A stretch of 54,236 nucleotides of DNA, counting the filler, from Piptocephalis cylindrospora (taxonomy: Eukaryota), in assembly GCA_003614145.1 (NCBI GenBank). It is 3 parts of 3 records of this genome, joined end to end, with 100 filler letters (N's around TTAATTAATTAA, not from the genome) between each part and the next. Parts side by side here need not be neighbours in the genome. Positions count along the whole stretch, not along the records: positions 1 to 18,110 come from KZ987844.1; 2 more parts are not named here. One strand, written 5' to 3'. Below are positions 1-11,865 of this stretch, piece by piece. Each line of letters begins with the position of its first letter. Position 1 is the stretch's first letter. The notes under the pieces were generated by a model. The model was not told where the DNA came from. It did not search any database and saw only the letters and a list, made by a program, of their open reading frames with translations. The translations under genes were made by a program, and so were the position numbers.

Positions 1-52
<52 letters not shown>
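1..52. repeat. poly-C homopolymer at contig start
   Basis: Uninterrupted run of C from position 1; probably a contig-end or sequencing artefact. Confidence 0.9.
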
Positions 53-171
53 TTCTTCCTCCACTTCCTTTCTTCATCAATTGATCCGATTCTTCTCCTT
101 CTCCCTCATCTCCTCCTCCGTTGATTGTCCCGACTCCGTTTCCACCATCCCTCCTGAACTTCATACCCCGA

Positions 172-1047
172 ATGCAAATCGACCTTAGCGTTACCAGAAT
201 CATTGTGGCATTGTGTCTGGTTATACAGTCACTCCAGGCTGCCCCTATTTCTACTCCTTCGGTGTCCAACGCATTCGAATCCGTCACCTCTGCATTGAAG
301 AAGGTTGTTCCTACTGTCGGAAAGACTGCTTTGAGTAAGGCTCCTCTAGCTACTTCTGGTGCGGTGAACCCATCAAAAAGCCTGTTGAGTAAGGTGGGTA
401 ACCAAGCCTCGACCTCAACGACTGCCTCTACCGTGGGGCTGGGATCCCAAAAGGCTGCTTCCACTGCTGAAATGACTGCCATAAAATCACCCACCCCAGG
501 ATCAAACTCTGTAAGTACTTTGTGATGCTCTGATACGGAGTAAATAGGATGATTAGAAAAAATATCATTGCTTCTTTGAGCAGTGATCATATCCACTCAC
601 TAACTCTTCGCTTTACGCTTATGAACTCTTACCCGCTTGTGTTCCCAGCGAGATTTCTTTGAAAAGTACGTCTACGATCCCAAAACCCCCCAAGTAGGAC
701 ATCCCAAGAACGCCGAGTTTATGAATGCTAAAAATAACCCCAAGACAAGCTCCCCTAGTCTTCGAGAGACGGATGTTTCTAAGGGTGAGTTCAATAAGAT
801 CGAAAATGCCTTGAGTCATCCCAATACAGCTCGGCAGGGGGGGTCGTCCAATCACATAGCCGATCCCAACTCCAACCAATTCTTTCTTGGAGGGCCCAGC
901 GTCCCTTCATCCTCCTCCTTTACCAACCAAGGCTTGGTCTCAAACTTTGGCCAGAGCCAAGGGTCTGGCTTGAGCCGGGTCACGAGCAACAATCAAGCTT
1001 CTAGCTCAACCAATGCCCTAGGTAATGGTGGCATCCCTTTCCGATAG
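172..1047 (+). CDS. Secreted Ser/Thr-rich orphan protein, 2 exons (172-510, 649-1047), ~245 aa
   Basis: ATG at 172 gives a signal-peptide-like start (MQIDLSVTRIIVALCLVIQSLQA). A GTAAGT donor at 511, a CTAAC branch site near 600 and a CAG acceptor at 648 join ORF 121..525 in frame to ORF 637..1047. Confidence 0.65.
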
Positions 1048-1604
1048 AGAGTGATTTAGCCAGCCATAATGAAAACATGGCATAAGTGATGTTGGAATGC
1101 TTATCCTGGTGATTTGGCATTTTGGCCGTGGTGGGAGTTTTCGCTAGAATCGACCCTTCTGACGCGATGCCTCCTGAAGTTTTATGAGTCCACATTTACC
1201 CACTCAGCGGAGGATAGGATGATTAACATGTCCAGGTTGTACTTAACAATCCCCCGTTTTTGATCTGGCGATGGCTCTCCGGACACATCTCAGAACCAGA
1301 TGATGGTGGTTTTCGTCATGCGCAACATGAATTTCTTTCACTTTCATGACTCTAATGTTTTTTCCTCGTGATGTAATGCAATGGGATGATGATGAGTAAT
1401 GCCATAAGAATCAAGACGATGAAAGGGACCTATTGATTTCAACATACGCTGACAGCTCATCCTGATTTGCTTGCAACACAAAGCCCATATCCTCTACCGT
1501 CTTCCAGAGCACGCTAGCACACAGAGCGATGGACAGATAACCTCTTCATCCGCGTAACCCACCCAAGCTTGTCATATTCACGGTCCCTAATTGGAAGTAC
1601 TGAT

Positions 1605-2492
1605 CTAGGCAGCAGGAGAGGGATTTGGGCTAGGGATGGGATCCAGAAGATGGCGGATCTGCTCAGCAGTATGCAAATGAAGGGTGTAGTCCACCGTTGA
1701 ACCCAAGACCCATTCGAGGATCTGGACACCCTGAAGGTAGGCGTAGCACATGTTCCAAGCAAGGTTCATAATGGGCCGGGGTACGAGAAGGAGATCTTCC
1801 CATGGGTCCAAATCCTCCACGGTCAGGGTCAAGCCATTCGTCTTGATCCCATGGACTTGAGAAGTGGGGCCCTCTACAATGTCCATGTTCTTTGGCTGAA
1901 CTGGACGTTGAGTAGGGCGACTCTGAGGCCTATCCCCTTCGGGATTATACCGCGACCAGCCGGTGCGGGTGACATTTCCATTCACAGGGTTTGAAGTGGT
2001 GGCCGCACCTACGAATAGCGCCTCCCTCTTGTTCGGCTGATGCTCCTGCCATCGCACACCTCGGTCATGATCGAGAAACTGATTGGATTTGTAGGCCGCT
2101 TCGTGATTATAATTGGAGGCCGGTTCCGCCTTCCAAGACGGATGATCGGGCGTGGCAAACTCTTCCCAAATCGCCACTCCATCTCTGCGTCCTTCCCCTG
2201 CCCCTAGCTCATCTGGCCTCCTCTTCTTCGGGGGGGTTGGAGGATGGACGACGGTGACGGCCGATTCCCTCCACCGCTCTCCCCTTTCACGCTCCATCGT
2301 TCTATCCTTAGTCTCAGGCCTCTCTCTAGCTTCTCGCTTCTTCGAAGTGACTTTGAGTCGTTTGAGCCACTTTGGCATTCGTCCTTTCCTTTTTCTCTCT
2401 GGCCTTTCCTCTCCCTCTCTCCTTTTCTTCCTGGAGATCTTTTGTCGGATGGTACGTCCAAGCTGTTTCAATGCATTCTTTCCATTATGCAT
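1605..2492 (-). CDS. Hypothetical protein with Lys/Arg-rich N-terminus, 295 aa
   Basis: Long ATG-initiated ORF with a basic N-terminal half and a more globular C-terminus; no family recognised. Confidence 0.5.
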   Translation of the reverse strand: MHNGKNALKQLGRTIRQKISRKKRREGEERPERKRKGRMPKWLKRLKVTSKKREARERPETKDRTMERERGERWRESAVTVVHPPTPPKKRRPDELGAGEGRRDGVAIWEEFATPDHPSWKAEPASNYNHEAAYKSNQFLDHDRGVRWQEHQPNKREALFVGAATTSNPVNGNVTRTGWSRYNPEGDRPQSRPTQRPVQPKNMDIVEGPTSQVHGIKTNGLTLTVEDLDPWEDLLLVPRPIMNLAWNMCYAYLQGVQILEWVLGSTVDYTLHLHTAEQIRHLLDPIPSPNPSPAA

Positions 2493-2969
2493 GATAGAGA
2501 AGGGCTGATGAGAAGTGATATTTGATGGGGTGGGTTGGAATGGTGGTTAAGGTGGATTTGGGATTTAAAGAGAATGGATGAAGGGAAAGGGAAGAGTATT
2601 CTTGGGCTTTGAATAAGTGTTTAGATGTCATAAATTAAAGCCAGATGATATGTTCAGCATCCAAGCACATTAAACTTTTCCAGGTATTAAGCGCGGATGG
2701 TGCACACGACTTTCATCCACCAAGACTATGATTCATTCGTATAATTCCAAGTGCAAGGTGAGAAAGTTAAACCCCCCAATCCAGAGGTACATCATTGAGA
2801 ACAACCGACCCACTCTACTCAATGAGGATGGATACGTCATGTCAATGGGATAATCCCATGCTTTTCATGCTTCGGAAGACTATGAGTAGAGTACGCACGC
2901 TCATTGTTCTATTCACTCATTCATTCGCCCAGCTTAGCTCAGGTCATGGAAAACACTCACATCATGTTG

Positions 2970-3906
2970 TTAATGACCAGACGGGGCTTGGCCAGATCCA
3001 GATGAGGCGCCATTGCTTTCCCGGGAAAATAGTCCAGAGACACTACTTTGCAGTAGGGTCCCAGCCATGCCAAGGGCTCCGCCACCCAAGCCCCCTACAA
3101 GTCCCGTTGCCATCCTCCTCTGGGAGTCCCGATCACAATTCCAATATCCCCATAGGTTAGCACCGGTAAGGAGGAAGGCGGCGCCCGGGATGAACATCCA
3201 TTCCCACTTGATGAGGAAAAAGGCCATGATGAACAGGATGGCCCAGATTACGGGGAAGATGTAGAGGGAGAGCCAAAAGACCTTGGAGTCAAATGGATTG
3301 ACTGGTCGGCCGGACTAGGGTGACGGATAAGATAGATAGATGCTGAGATGAGGGGAAGAGAAAGGATATCTGATCACACACACTCAGTGAAGCGCACTTA
3401 CCTGCCGTGATTCATAAACCCAGGTGGAGGTACCATCCTCTCGAACCTCATTCCACCATCTTAGCCCCACCAAGATACGGCCACTAACATTTTTAACAGT
3501 CCAAAAGTCAAAGGAGATGAGGAGAACCTGAATGACCAGGATAAAGACAAAGTTGTCGGTGAAAAGGGAAGCCAGGAGGTATTGAACCAGGGAAGCCGTT
3601 CGGAAGGCCAAATGGAAGATCATGACAATGGGATGGCTAAACGGATGGGGGGAAGGGGGTATTAGCCTTTGGTCTGATATGTCTTTCTCTTGGCTTTGCT
3701 TTCATACAGCACGCGTCCATCACTTACCTAGATCGGGAGAGTAGAGAGGCATTTTGGTCGGCCGTCTGAGACTCCAGATCAATGGGACCAGCCAAAGGTG
3801 GGTTGGATGGAGAGGAGGAGGGGGAGGAGGAGGAGGAAGGGCCGATACGACTTGACCTTGGGGGCGGAAGATACTGAGCAGCTTCGGCAAAGGGATTATC
3901 ATCCAT
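2970..3906 (-). CDS. TVP23: Golgi apparatus membrane protein TVP23 (FAM18/DUF846), 3 exons
   Basis: Motifs SHPIVMIFHLAFR, DFWTVKNVSGRILVGLRWWNEV, VNPFDSKVFWLSLY and GANLWGYWNCD. GT-AG introns join ORFs 3724..3906, 3384..3623 and 2970..3227. Confidence 0.93.
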
Positions 3907-4565
3907 GAGGGCTTCGCGATCCTTGGCCTACCATTTTTGATGAGGAAAGGGGGGGGGGAGGGGGGGGGGGGAGATATATGTGTTGTACAGGGATCGTGGT
4001 GATCAAGCTGTCTTCTTATGCCTGAAGCCCTGTTCTTCTCTAGTTCCATCTTTACCACCTCCATCGCTCGTCCCGCCTATCCAAACGACTGACCATTGTT
4101 GCAAGGAGAGGTGTTTACAGTAACAAGGAGGAGAGGAGATCGACACGGGCTGTGGATTAGGAGACAAAAGAGGACTGGCCTGGAGAGTGAAAGGGACAAA
4201 GGGGGGAACGAGGGAAAGTGGAGGAAAGAGATACTGGAGTACAAGACAGACAGACCAATGATCGGACTTTTAAAGGCTGAATAGACAGTTTCCCTGGGCT
4301 TTGGATAAAGGGCTGAAAATCAATATTTTGGTTCAGACGCTGCTGTATCTATTATAAAGGATGTGTCGATTTGTCAAGAAAACAGACTGCTTTTCAATGA
4401 TGAGAATTAGAGCGATGTCGCAGATTCATCTTGAAGACATCTTGGAGAATTTGGAAAGATGTTAATCAGTTGATTCTTGGTCAAACGACATCTGTATAAT
4501 GGTAAAGCTTGATAAACCACGCATGCCGGCCTTTGAGTGGGTGTTATGTTTGAACAATCCTAAAG

Positions 4566-4602
4566 CCTACTCCACATGGGGAAAATAGAATGGTTTTATT
4601 AC
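4566..4602 (+). repeat. Dispersed ~37-bp motif, copy 1
   Basis: CCTACTCCACATGGGGAAAATAGAATGGTTTTATTAC; 32/37 identical to 49025-49061. Confidence 0.65.
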
Positions 4603-4843
4603 TACTACTAAGCTTGATAAGACCGTTCTTAAAGGGTACTGTTTGATATTATTTTTTTAGGATCTATTATCTTATATTCAGAGGAGGTAAATAGTAAATT
4701 TAATACTCTAACATCGCTTTGAAATGGTGGATAGTGATCGCTCTAAATAAATCATCTTGTTTATTTTTACCATCAAATTATCTCTCAGAATAATTAGCAA
4801 GTTGACCAAATGAGGAAAGCATTATTTTTGGATGCCTTTATCC

Positions 4844-4875
4844 CCTATCCCACTAGGAGAAAATAAAATGGTTTC
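4844..4875 (+). repeat. Dispersed motif, degenerate copy 2
   Basis: CCTATCCCACTAGGAGAAAATAAAATGGTTTC aligns with copies 1 and 3. Confidence 0.45.
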
Positions 4876-5104
4876 AACAACAACGCAGAATAATTATAAA
4901 TTGAGAAATGAGCCAGATATAGCCATCAGAATGACATGATCATCAAGAATCCTCATATATGCTCTCCTTCTCTCCTCAACCGCTGGCTGAGTATAAATAG
5001 ACTGGTGTACCGTCAATGCATCCCCATACTATCATCTTCCCACACTTCCTTCACTCCCACTACTGCCTATCTCTCCCTCGCTTTCTCCACTCTAACAGCA
5101 CGCC

Positions 5105-6124
5105 ATGACCGAAGGAAGCCGACCTTACTCGGACGAACAGATCGCCCAGCACCTTGCCAATGTCCAGGATGAGGCCGTTGAAGGAAAAGCCCTCATTGGG
5201 CCCTCCGAAGACCTTGAGGCCCTCAAGGCTGAATACGATCAGGGATGCAGTGTGTATCAGCGGAAGATTACGGTGAGTATGGCCAGGAGAGTTTGGTATC
5301 TTGCTCAACGGGCTCTACTGACCCTTGGACCATCTACTTCGCATGTTGTGGCCTTCTAGGCCCTAAAGGAGCAATACCCCAGATTTCGTCGGTCCCGTGG
5401 AGACGGAAACTGCTTCTTTCGTGGTAAGTGTTTGTAAGATGGGAAAGGTCGTCTCTCTCTCCTCACTCAGGTGCTTATACGACATTAATTTAACCCCAAC
5501 CCATCCTTAGCATTTGGCTTTGCCTGGTTTGAGGCTCTGCTCACCTCCAAGGACGAGCAACTTCTGCCAAGGACCATCAAACATCTGGAGGGCACCAAGC
5601 AATTGCTGGAGGCAGCGGGATTTGAAATGGTGGCTTTGGAAGAGTTTTACGACCTGACCTTGGATCTTCTTCGGGCCCTCCCTACGCACACTCGACCCTC
5701 CTTGTTAAGTAACTTTAATGATCCAGAAACATCCAATGCCATCGTTTGCTACCTCCGCTTCCTCACCGCCGCCCATGTCCGGACTCATCCGGATGATTTT
5801 GCCCCATTTATTGAGGAGGCCAACGGAGATGTAGCTCGGTATTGCGAGAGGACCATCGAGGCATTCGGCCAGGAGAGTGAGGGCATTGCCGTTATTGCCC
5901 TGGTCCGGGCTCTTCATGTTCCTATTCAGGTCGTGTACCTGGACGGCAGGGGAAATGACCCGTCTTCGGATGAAGCCAACATTCACACGTTTAACCCAGA
6001 TGAGGAAAAGAGGGATGCGACCATGATTCATCCCTCCATCTCTCTCCTCTATCGTCCAGGCCACTATGATCTTCTTTACTCCCGGGATTCCATGCCATCT
6101 GAACCTGTGAATGACACTGAGTAG
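5105..6124 (+). CDS. OTUB1: Otubain-type deubiquitinase (peptidase C65), 3 exons
   Basis: Catalytic RGDGNCFFR motif (5396-5422), SNAIVCYLRFLTAA, and the C-terminal LLYRPGHYDLLY His motif. Confidence 0.92.
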
Positions 6125-6395
6125 ACAAGGGGGGAGATGGCTTTTTGGAAAAGGAGGGGGAGAGGGGTGAATCAAATATTTTTTTGATAATGTTTCATCT
6201 AATGGAGGACAAGGTCTGAGTAGTTGGATGAAAGGGTATGCTGGATAATAGCAACAATACAAGATGAATGAAATGGCTGAAAAAAGGAAATGTAGAGTAC
6301 ATTGAGCTCATGGATAAAAGGGTATCGGAAGAGTCAAGGTGTCCCTCAGGGATAAAGGTAGACATCTTCTCTCCTCCCCAATATCCACCATCATC

Positions 6396-8726
6396 TTAGA
6401 TGGCTTGTCGTTCTACCAGTCTCTCCCCTTCATCCCCATCCCGAAAAGAAGGAGCATTGCCCCTTATACTCCCCTCCACCATCATTTCCTCTTCATCCCC
6501 AGATCCAGACTCATCCTCACCCACCCCTTCCTCCTCGTCGCCCAGTTCAAAGTGACCCATCTCAAAGGGATCCTCCTTGGGTTTGGCCCAAAGAGCCCTT
6601 TCTTCTCGCTTCTTCCAGAGATATACGGCGCTAAACGTGATACCTAGGAGGATGAAGAGGATGGAGGCTACAACGCCAAACACCGAATGACGGGAGACTG
6701 CCACCTCATCTACCATCTCCACCCCCTCTGCCTCTGATGCTTGTTTAGCGTTGGAGAACTTGGAGGTATCCTTGGAGGAGGAAGGAGGGAGGGGCGTTGG
6801 GGTTTGGATGAACGAGGAGTCAACGGAAGAAGAGATTAATGCCTCTTGACTAACTGTACCGGGGGGAGGTGTGGAGGAGGGGGTTACGGCTGATTGAATT
6901 GCCGTACCAGTCATCTGGTCCACATTAGTGATAGCAGCGACGGCCAGGTTGTCTGGTTGCTGATCCACAGGCACAAGGGCAGGAACATCAGCCCCGTTCA
7001 TCTTGGCATTCTTTTCATCCTCATCCGATGGACGTAGGCCTAACATCTCCGGAGTCCCATCCGCGGCTAGGGTGGCATCCGCGTAGGCGTAAGCTCCTAC
7101 CAAAACCACATTCTACCGTGAGGAGGGGCGAGAGTGAGATAATTATTACCAATGATCCACGACTCTTCCTCCCAATTGTTTATGAAGTCTTACCCAAAGA
7201 GAGGCTGTACCATTCCCACCCTCTCCAACCCATTCCCATCGAAGTTTCTGGACTTGATCCTTGACCAAGAGCACTTCGTAGGGTACACTGGAAGGTTGAT
7301 CCCAAATGGGAGATAGCTCCTCTCGTTCATCTAGAAGAATGCGTAAACCAGAGCGACCGGCCTCAGTGGCCGTGGAATTGAAGAGAAAGAGGACCGAAGG
7401 TCTGATGGCATCGTGAGGGGAGGTGACGGTGAGCTCGAGGAATGGGGTAATCCCTGTGACTTCTGGAGCCTTAACCCAGGCTACCTCCTCCCCATTGGGC
7501 CCATTGTTCTCGGTGACATTCCAGCCAAAGCATTGATCATATGGGAGAATACACTGAGGATCAGATCGTCCATGAATGGCCACACAGGCATTGGAGGTGC
7601 ATCCAGATCGGGTAACGTAGTTCCCTGGGGCCAAGGAGGAGAGGAGGGCCGAGGTGTCCGTTGTCCCATTTTCCCCAGCCCCGCCTCCACCGGGTAGAGC
7701 ATCTGGGGCTGAACAGGCTTGTGAATTGGGGGAAGGAACACCGAGGCGTCGGTCACATGAAGCCCCGTCACCCATCGAAGGCTGATAAGAGAGGGAGTAC
7801 TGGTGCCCCGTCAGGTCACATGGAGTGGTGTACTGAGACAGCTTGGCAGTGTTACACGCACATAACGCTGGGAAGGATTGCTGGGTAAGTTGGCTTGTGT
7901 CCCGGCACTTAATACCTGTCTTGATCTTATAGACCAGGGATCGGGTATGATTGGTGGCACAGCGGTCATCGTACACGGGTTCCAAATCCTCCTTACGGCA
8001 GACTAGTGTAATGTGATATGATATAAGTGAGTACGAGGGAGATAAGAGGGCGCCTATCAGCATCATAGTGATAGAAAAAGGAACTTACTCGGCATATCGT
8101 CTTCGGTGTCCTCGGCACCCTTTCCCGTGAAATCTGCGCCCGTGTCCGGGTTAATCTTTCCCGCAGTATCCAGCGGTGCCGAGGCATCGGCGACACAATC
8201 TTCAGTAGATTTGGCCGTGGTAAAGACGGAGGCGTCGGTGTTCTCATCAATCAAGTGGGTATCAGCAAAGACAGCGCCTTTGGTGCACACGGATATGGCA
8301 TGATCCTTGACGGAGAGACAAACGGGAATAAGTATACTCGGAGTGGTGATATTGCACTTTCGATAGGTCTGTAAACACATGGTATGTCTCAAGGCCTGGA
8401 AACAGGCAGCGCCAGCACTTTCCATGCCCTCTCGAGACATCTTATCTAGAGCATCTGTAAGAGGATAGGAAGATATGAGTGAGGTGATGGATCATACGAA
8501 AGTCATGTACGTTGGTATCGCGATCCACGCCTTCCTTACCTTGAACCAGTTTATCCCCGTCCTTGACACTGGTTGCCGAGGTAGCGTATGTGATTTCGGG
8601 ACACAGGGAGGAGGGCGGGCTAAGAACCTCGCAAGAATGAACATTCCTAACGAGAAGGACTAGAACTCCTAGCCCTGCCCAGACCAGCCAGGACAGGGTG
8701 TTTTCTGTGGATGAGGCGAGGCGCAT
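6396..8726 (-). CDS. Type I membrane protein: signal peptide, Frizzled-like Cys-rich domain, Cys-rich repeats, S/T stalk, TM helix and acidic tail; 4 exons
   Basis: ORFs 8442..8726, 8063..8440, 7146..8066 and 6396..7109 are linked by short GT-AG introns. Cys pattern CFQALRHTMCLQTYRKC...PVCLSV...VC; TM segment VFGVVASILFILLGITFSAVYLW followed by KKR. Confidence 0.75.
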
Positions 8727-9724
8727 GGTTGGCGAGTTGAAGGCAGCGTGGGTCCGCTAAGTGATCTTTGGGAAAGCCTAGATACGATGAATCCGAGGGT
8801 ATTAGGAATACTCACCGACACCTTATGCTTCTACGTGAGATGAGGAGGGGGAGGGGGTGAAGCAGTGTCGGACGGGACAGGCTGGGGCCTGACGACTTGA
8901 ATCACCAAGAGTGTGGTGCGAGATAAGGTGTACGAGTGGGTGCCTCGGGATGGGAACGGGGGAAAGTGGCAGAGGGGATGATAAGTGTTTGACGAAATGA
9001 GGGCTGATGAGGGGGAAGAAAGGATAAGAACTGGCGGGGGGGAGGGAAGAAGAACAGATGAGGGATGGCTCAGAAGGAAGAGAACCTTGGGCACTCCTCT
9101 ATACGACTTTTAAAGGCCCCCTTCACCCTGGGGAATCAATCCTCCGCCCCACAAACTCCACATGCAAGGCACCCATCCAGAGTGTCATGCCTCTCACATC
9201 AACCACTTTGCATCCATGAAAAGGGATGGGATAGGAGCGTGGTGGAGAGTGTGCAGCTGTAGACGGAAGAGCGTAAAGGGCCGTGAATGGATACAGACAT
9301 GAACCTGGTCTGTCAGTATGGGCATCAGTATGAGCGGTGTCCCTCACTCATCTTTGAGCATCTCTGTTGAGCTCAGCAAGACAGCCATGAAAAAGCTGAT
9401 CAAAGGGACTAAAAATGAAATCGCTATTTTTGGCCATGACTTGATCTGGGAAACCTTGACATAGGTGTCGGCGCCAGGTCATACATTGATGGGCCCTGAA
9501 TTGAGATTTAAACACTTAAAAAACAGTGCAAAAAACTAATGAAAAATATAGAGAGCATTCTGTTGATTAAAGGAAAAGGAATGTGCATGCAGGAGAGGTG
9601 ACAGGAGTCTATTTTCGCGATCAGTGCTTGATGTTGACACGACCCATCCGAGGCTAAATAAGATTCTCCCCCTTCCTTTGCTTCCCAAGAGCCCATCATA
9701 ATCTTGACCGCCTTACCCATCAAC

Positions 9725-11635
9725 ATGCCCTTACCCGTTGTTGCACGCTCATTGCGTCAGACTAGGATGTTGACCCGGCAAGGGCAGAGCATGCTCCCTC
9801 TTGGGCAGACAGCACGTTCCTTCCGAGCCAATGCATCTAAAGCAGCGCCCAAACACTCGGCCACCCTGGCCTCCTTAGACAACCCTGACCGTATTAAAAA
9901 TATGCGGTTGGCCACACTTGCTCGCTATGGCCTAGATGGATATCCACGATGGGATGAGGGCAGGGGTGTGAAGTCAGAACGCGTGGAGCTTTCGACCATT
10001 CGCCACAAGTATGAGGATATGTCCTTAAAGGAGCACATTCCTCATCCTTATGTCATTACAGGTGAGCAGAGGAAGAGAATGGATGTGAAGTGCGTCACTC
10101 ATCGTTCAGTAAAATTATCCAGGCCGAATCACCGCTATGCGTCAATCTGGGAGTAAGCTCTACTTTTACGATCTAACACAGAATGGGACAAGGATCCAGG
10201 TGATGGGTTCCCAAGGCTCCCTCGAAGGACTCGAGGAGGGTCAAAACGGTGTGAAGTTATTTCGGGAAGCCCATCGGGCGCTTGGCCGAGGCGACATGGT
10301 GGAGATGACCGGGAGGGTTGGGAAGACGGAGAGTGGAGAATTGACCATCTTCCTCATCCATCCACCCCGACTTCTGGCTCCGTGTCTGCATGATATTCCC
10401 TATCGGACGGGTTTAAAGGATACGGTGAGCCGGGGTAAATGAGTCATTTCTTCTTCTTCTTTTTCCTTTCCTCATATCCCCTCAATCTAGGAGCAACGAT
10501 TTAGGAACCGACATGTTGATCTCTTACTAAATACTCATGCTAGGAGGGCCTTGATTATTAGGGCTAAAGTTCTAAGGGGGATCAGACGATTCCTAGACGA
10601 CCGGGATTTCCTGGAAGTGGAAACTCCCATTTTATTCCCAACGGCTGGGGGGGCTAATGCTCGTCCCTTCCTCACCGAGGCTGTGGCGTATGGTGGCATG
10701 GGACTAAGTTTGCGCATAGCCCCAGAGCTCCACCTAAAGCAACTGGTCATTGGGGGTCTGGATCGGGTGTATGAACTGGGTCGACAATTTCGAAACGAAG
10801 GTGTGGATACAGAGCATAATCCCGAGTTCACTACATGCGAGTTTTACCGAGCTTATACGAGTATTGACGAATTGATGGACCTGACCGAGGAGATGCTCTC
10901 CACCTTGGCTAAAGAAATACGAGAGGACATGGGCTCATCGTCGTCATCCAATAGCACAGAAGAGATGGAGATCCCACGATTTGATCGACCATTCCCTCGC
11001 ATCCATGTCATACAGGCCTTAGAGCAAGCCATTCAAGTCCCCCTGCCATCTCTAGAAGAGGGGAATGAGACTCAGGCCATTGAGCAGCTCACCCGGGTAG
11101 CACATGCTCATAACATCGCATTGCCCCATCCTCCTACTCTTCCCCGGATCCTGGACACCTTGATCGGCCACTTTGTAGAGCCTCAGTGTGTCCAGCCCAC
11201 CTTTCTTTACGGTCATCCAGTGATCATGAGCCCCTTGGCCAAACAGGCCACCATGGACGGGGTGAGTTGTTTCTGAGAGAGGAAAAAAACTATTGAGTCA
11301 CTCTCATCCTGTTCCACTTTCCATCCGAGTAGAGGCCATCCACAGCAAGGTTCGAATTATTTGTCCGAGGAGTAGAGCTGGTCAATGCGTATGAGGAATT
11401 GAATGACCCGGCAGAACAGCGTCGTCGCTTCCATACCCAGGACCAGGATCGGGTAGGTGGGGATAAGGAAATTCCCGAACCGGACGAAGCCTTTTGCGAC
11501 GCCCTTGAGTATGGTCTTCCTCCGACCGGTGGATGGGGTCTTGGGGTGGATCGATTGTGTGCCATGTTCGCTGGAACCAAAAATATGCGAGAAACCCTAT
11601 CCTTTCCTCTGATGAAGCCTCGGACCGAGGGATAA
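9725..11635 (+). CDS. MSK1: Lysine-tRNA ligase (class II), probably mitochondrial; 4 exons
   Basis: Motifs FLEVETP, GGANARPF, LRIAPELHLKQLVIGG, YELGRQFRNEG, HNPEFTTCEFY and LEYGLPPTGGWGLGVDRL; Arg-rich N-terminus resembling a mitochondrial presequence. Confidence 0.93.
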
Positions 11636-11865
11636 GGAGTGTGGCGGGAGAGGGAGGAGTAGATATAATAAAGCACATCCATTCACATTAAAGCTATGCG
11701 GGTCATCTTATATGTATTGATGATGGTATTGTTTAGTGACCTTTCTGACGCCATGTGTAAGGGAGGCAAGACAGAAGGTTATGAATCAAAAGATGGACAG
11801 AAGAGTGATAGGCAAAATGCAGCCCTATCCATCCATCCTGAGCAATTTGGTCCCTTCTATCCACT

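Noticed and set aside
1..52. Poly-C as a telomere or functional tract
   Set aside because: No telomeric repeat unit; a homopolymer at a contig edge is most likely an artefact
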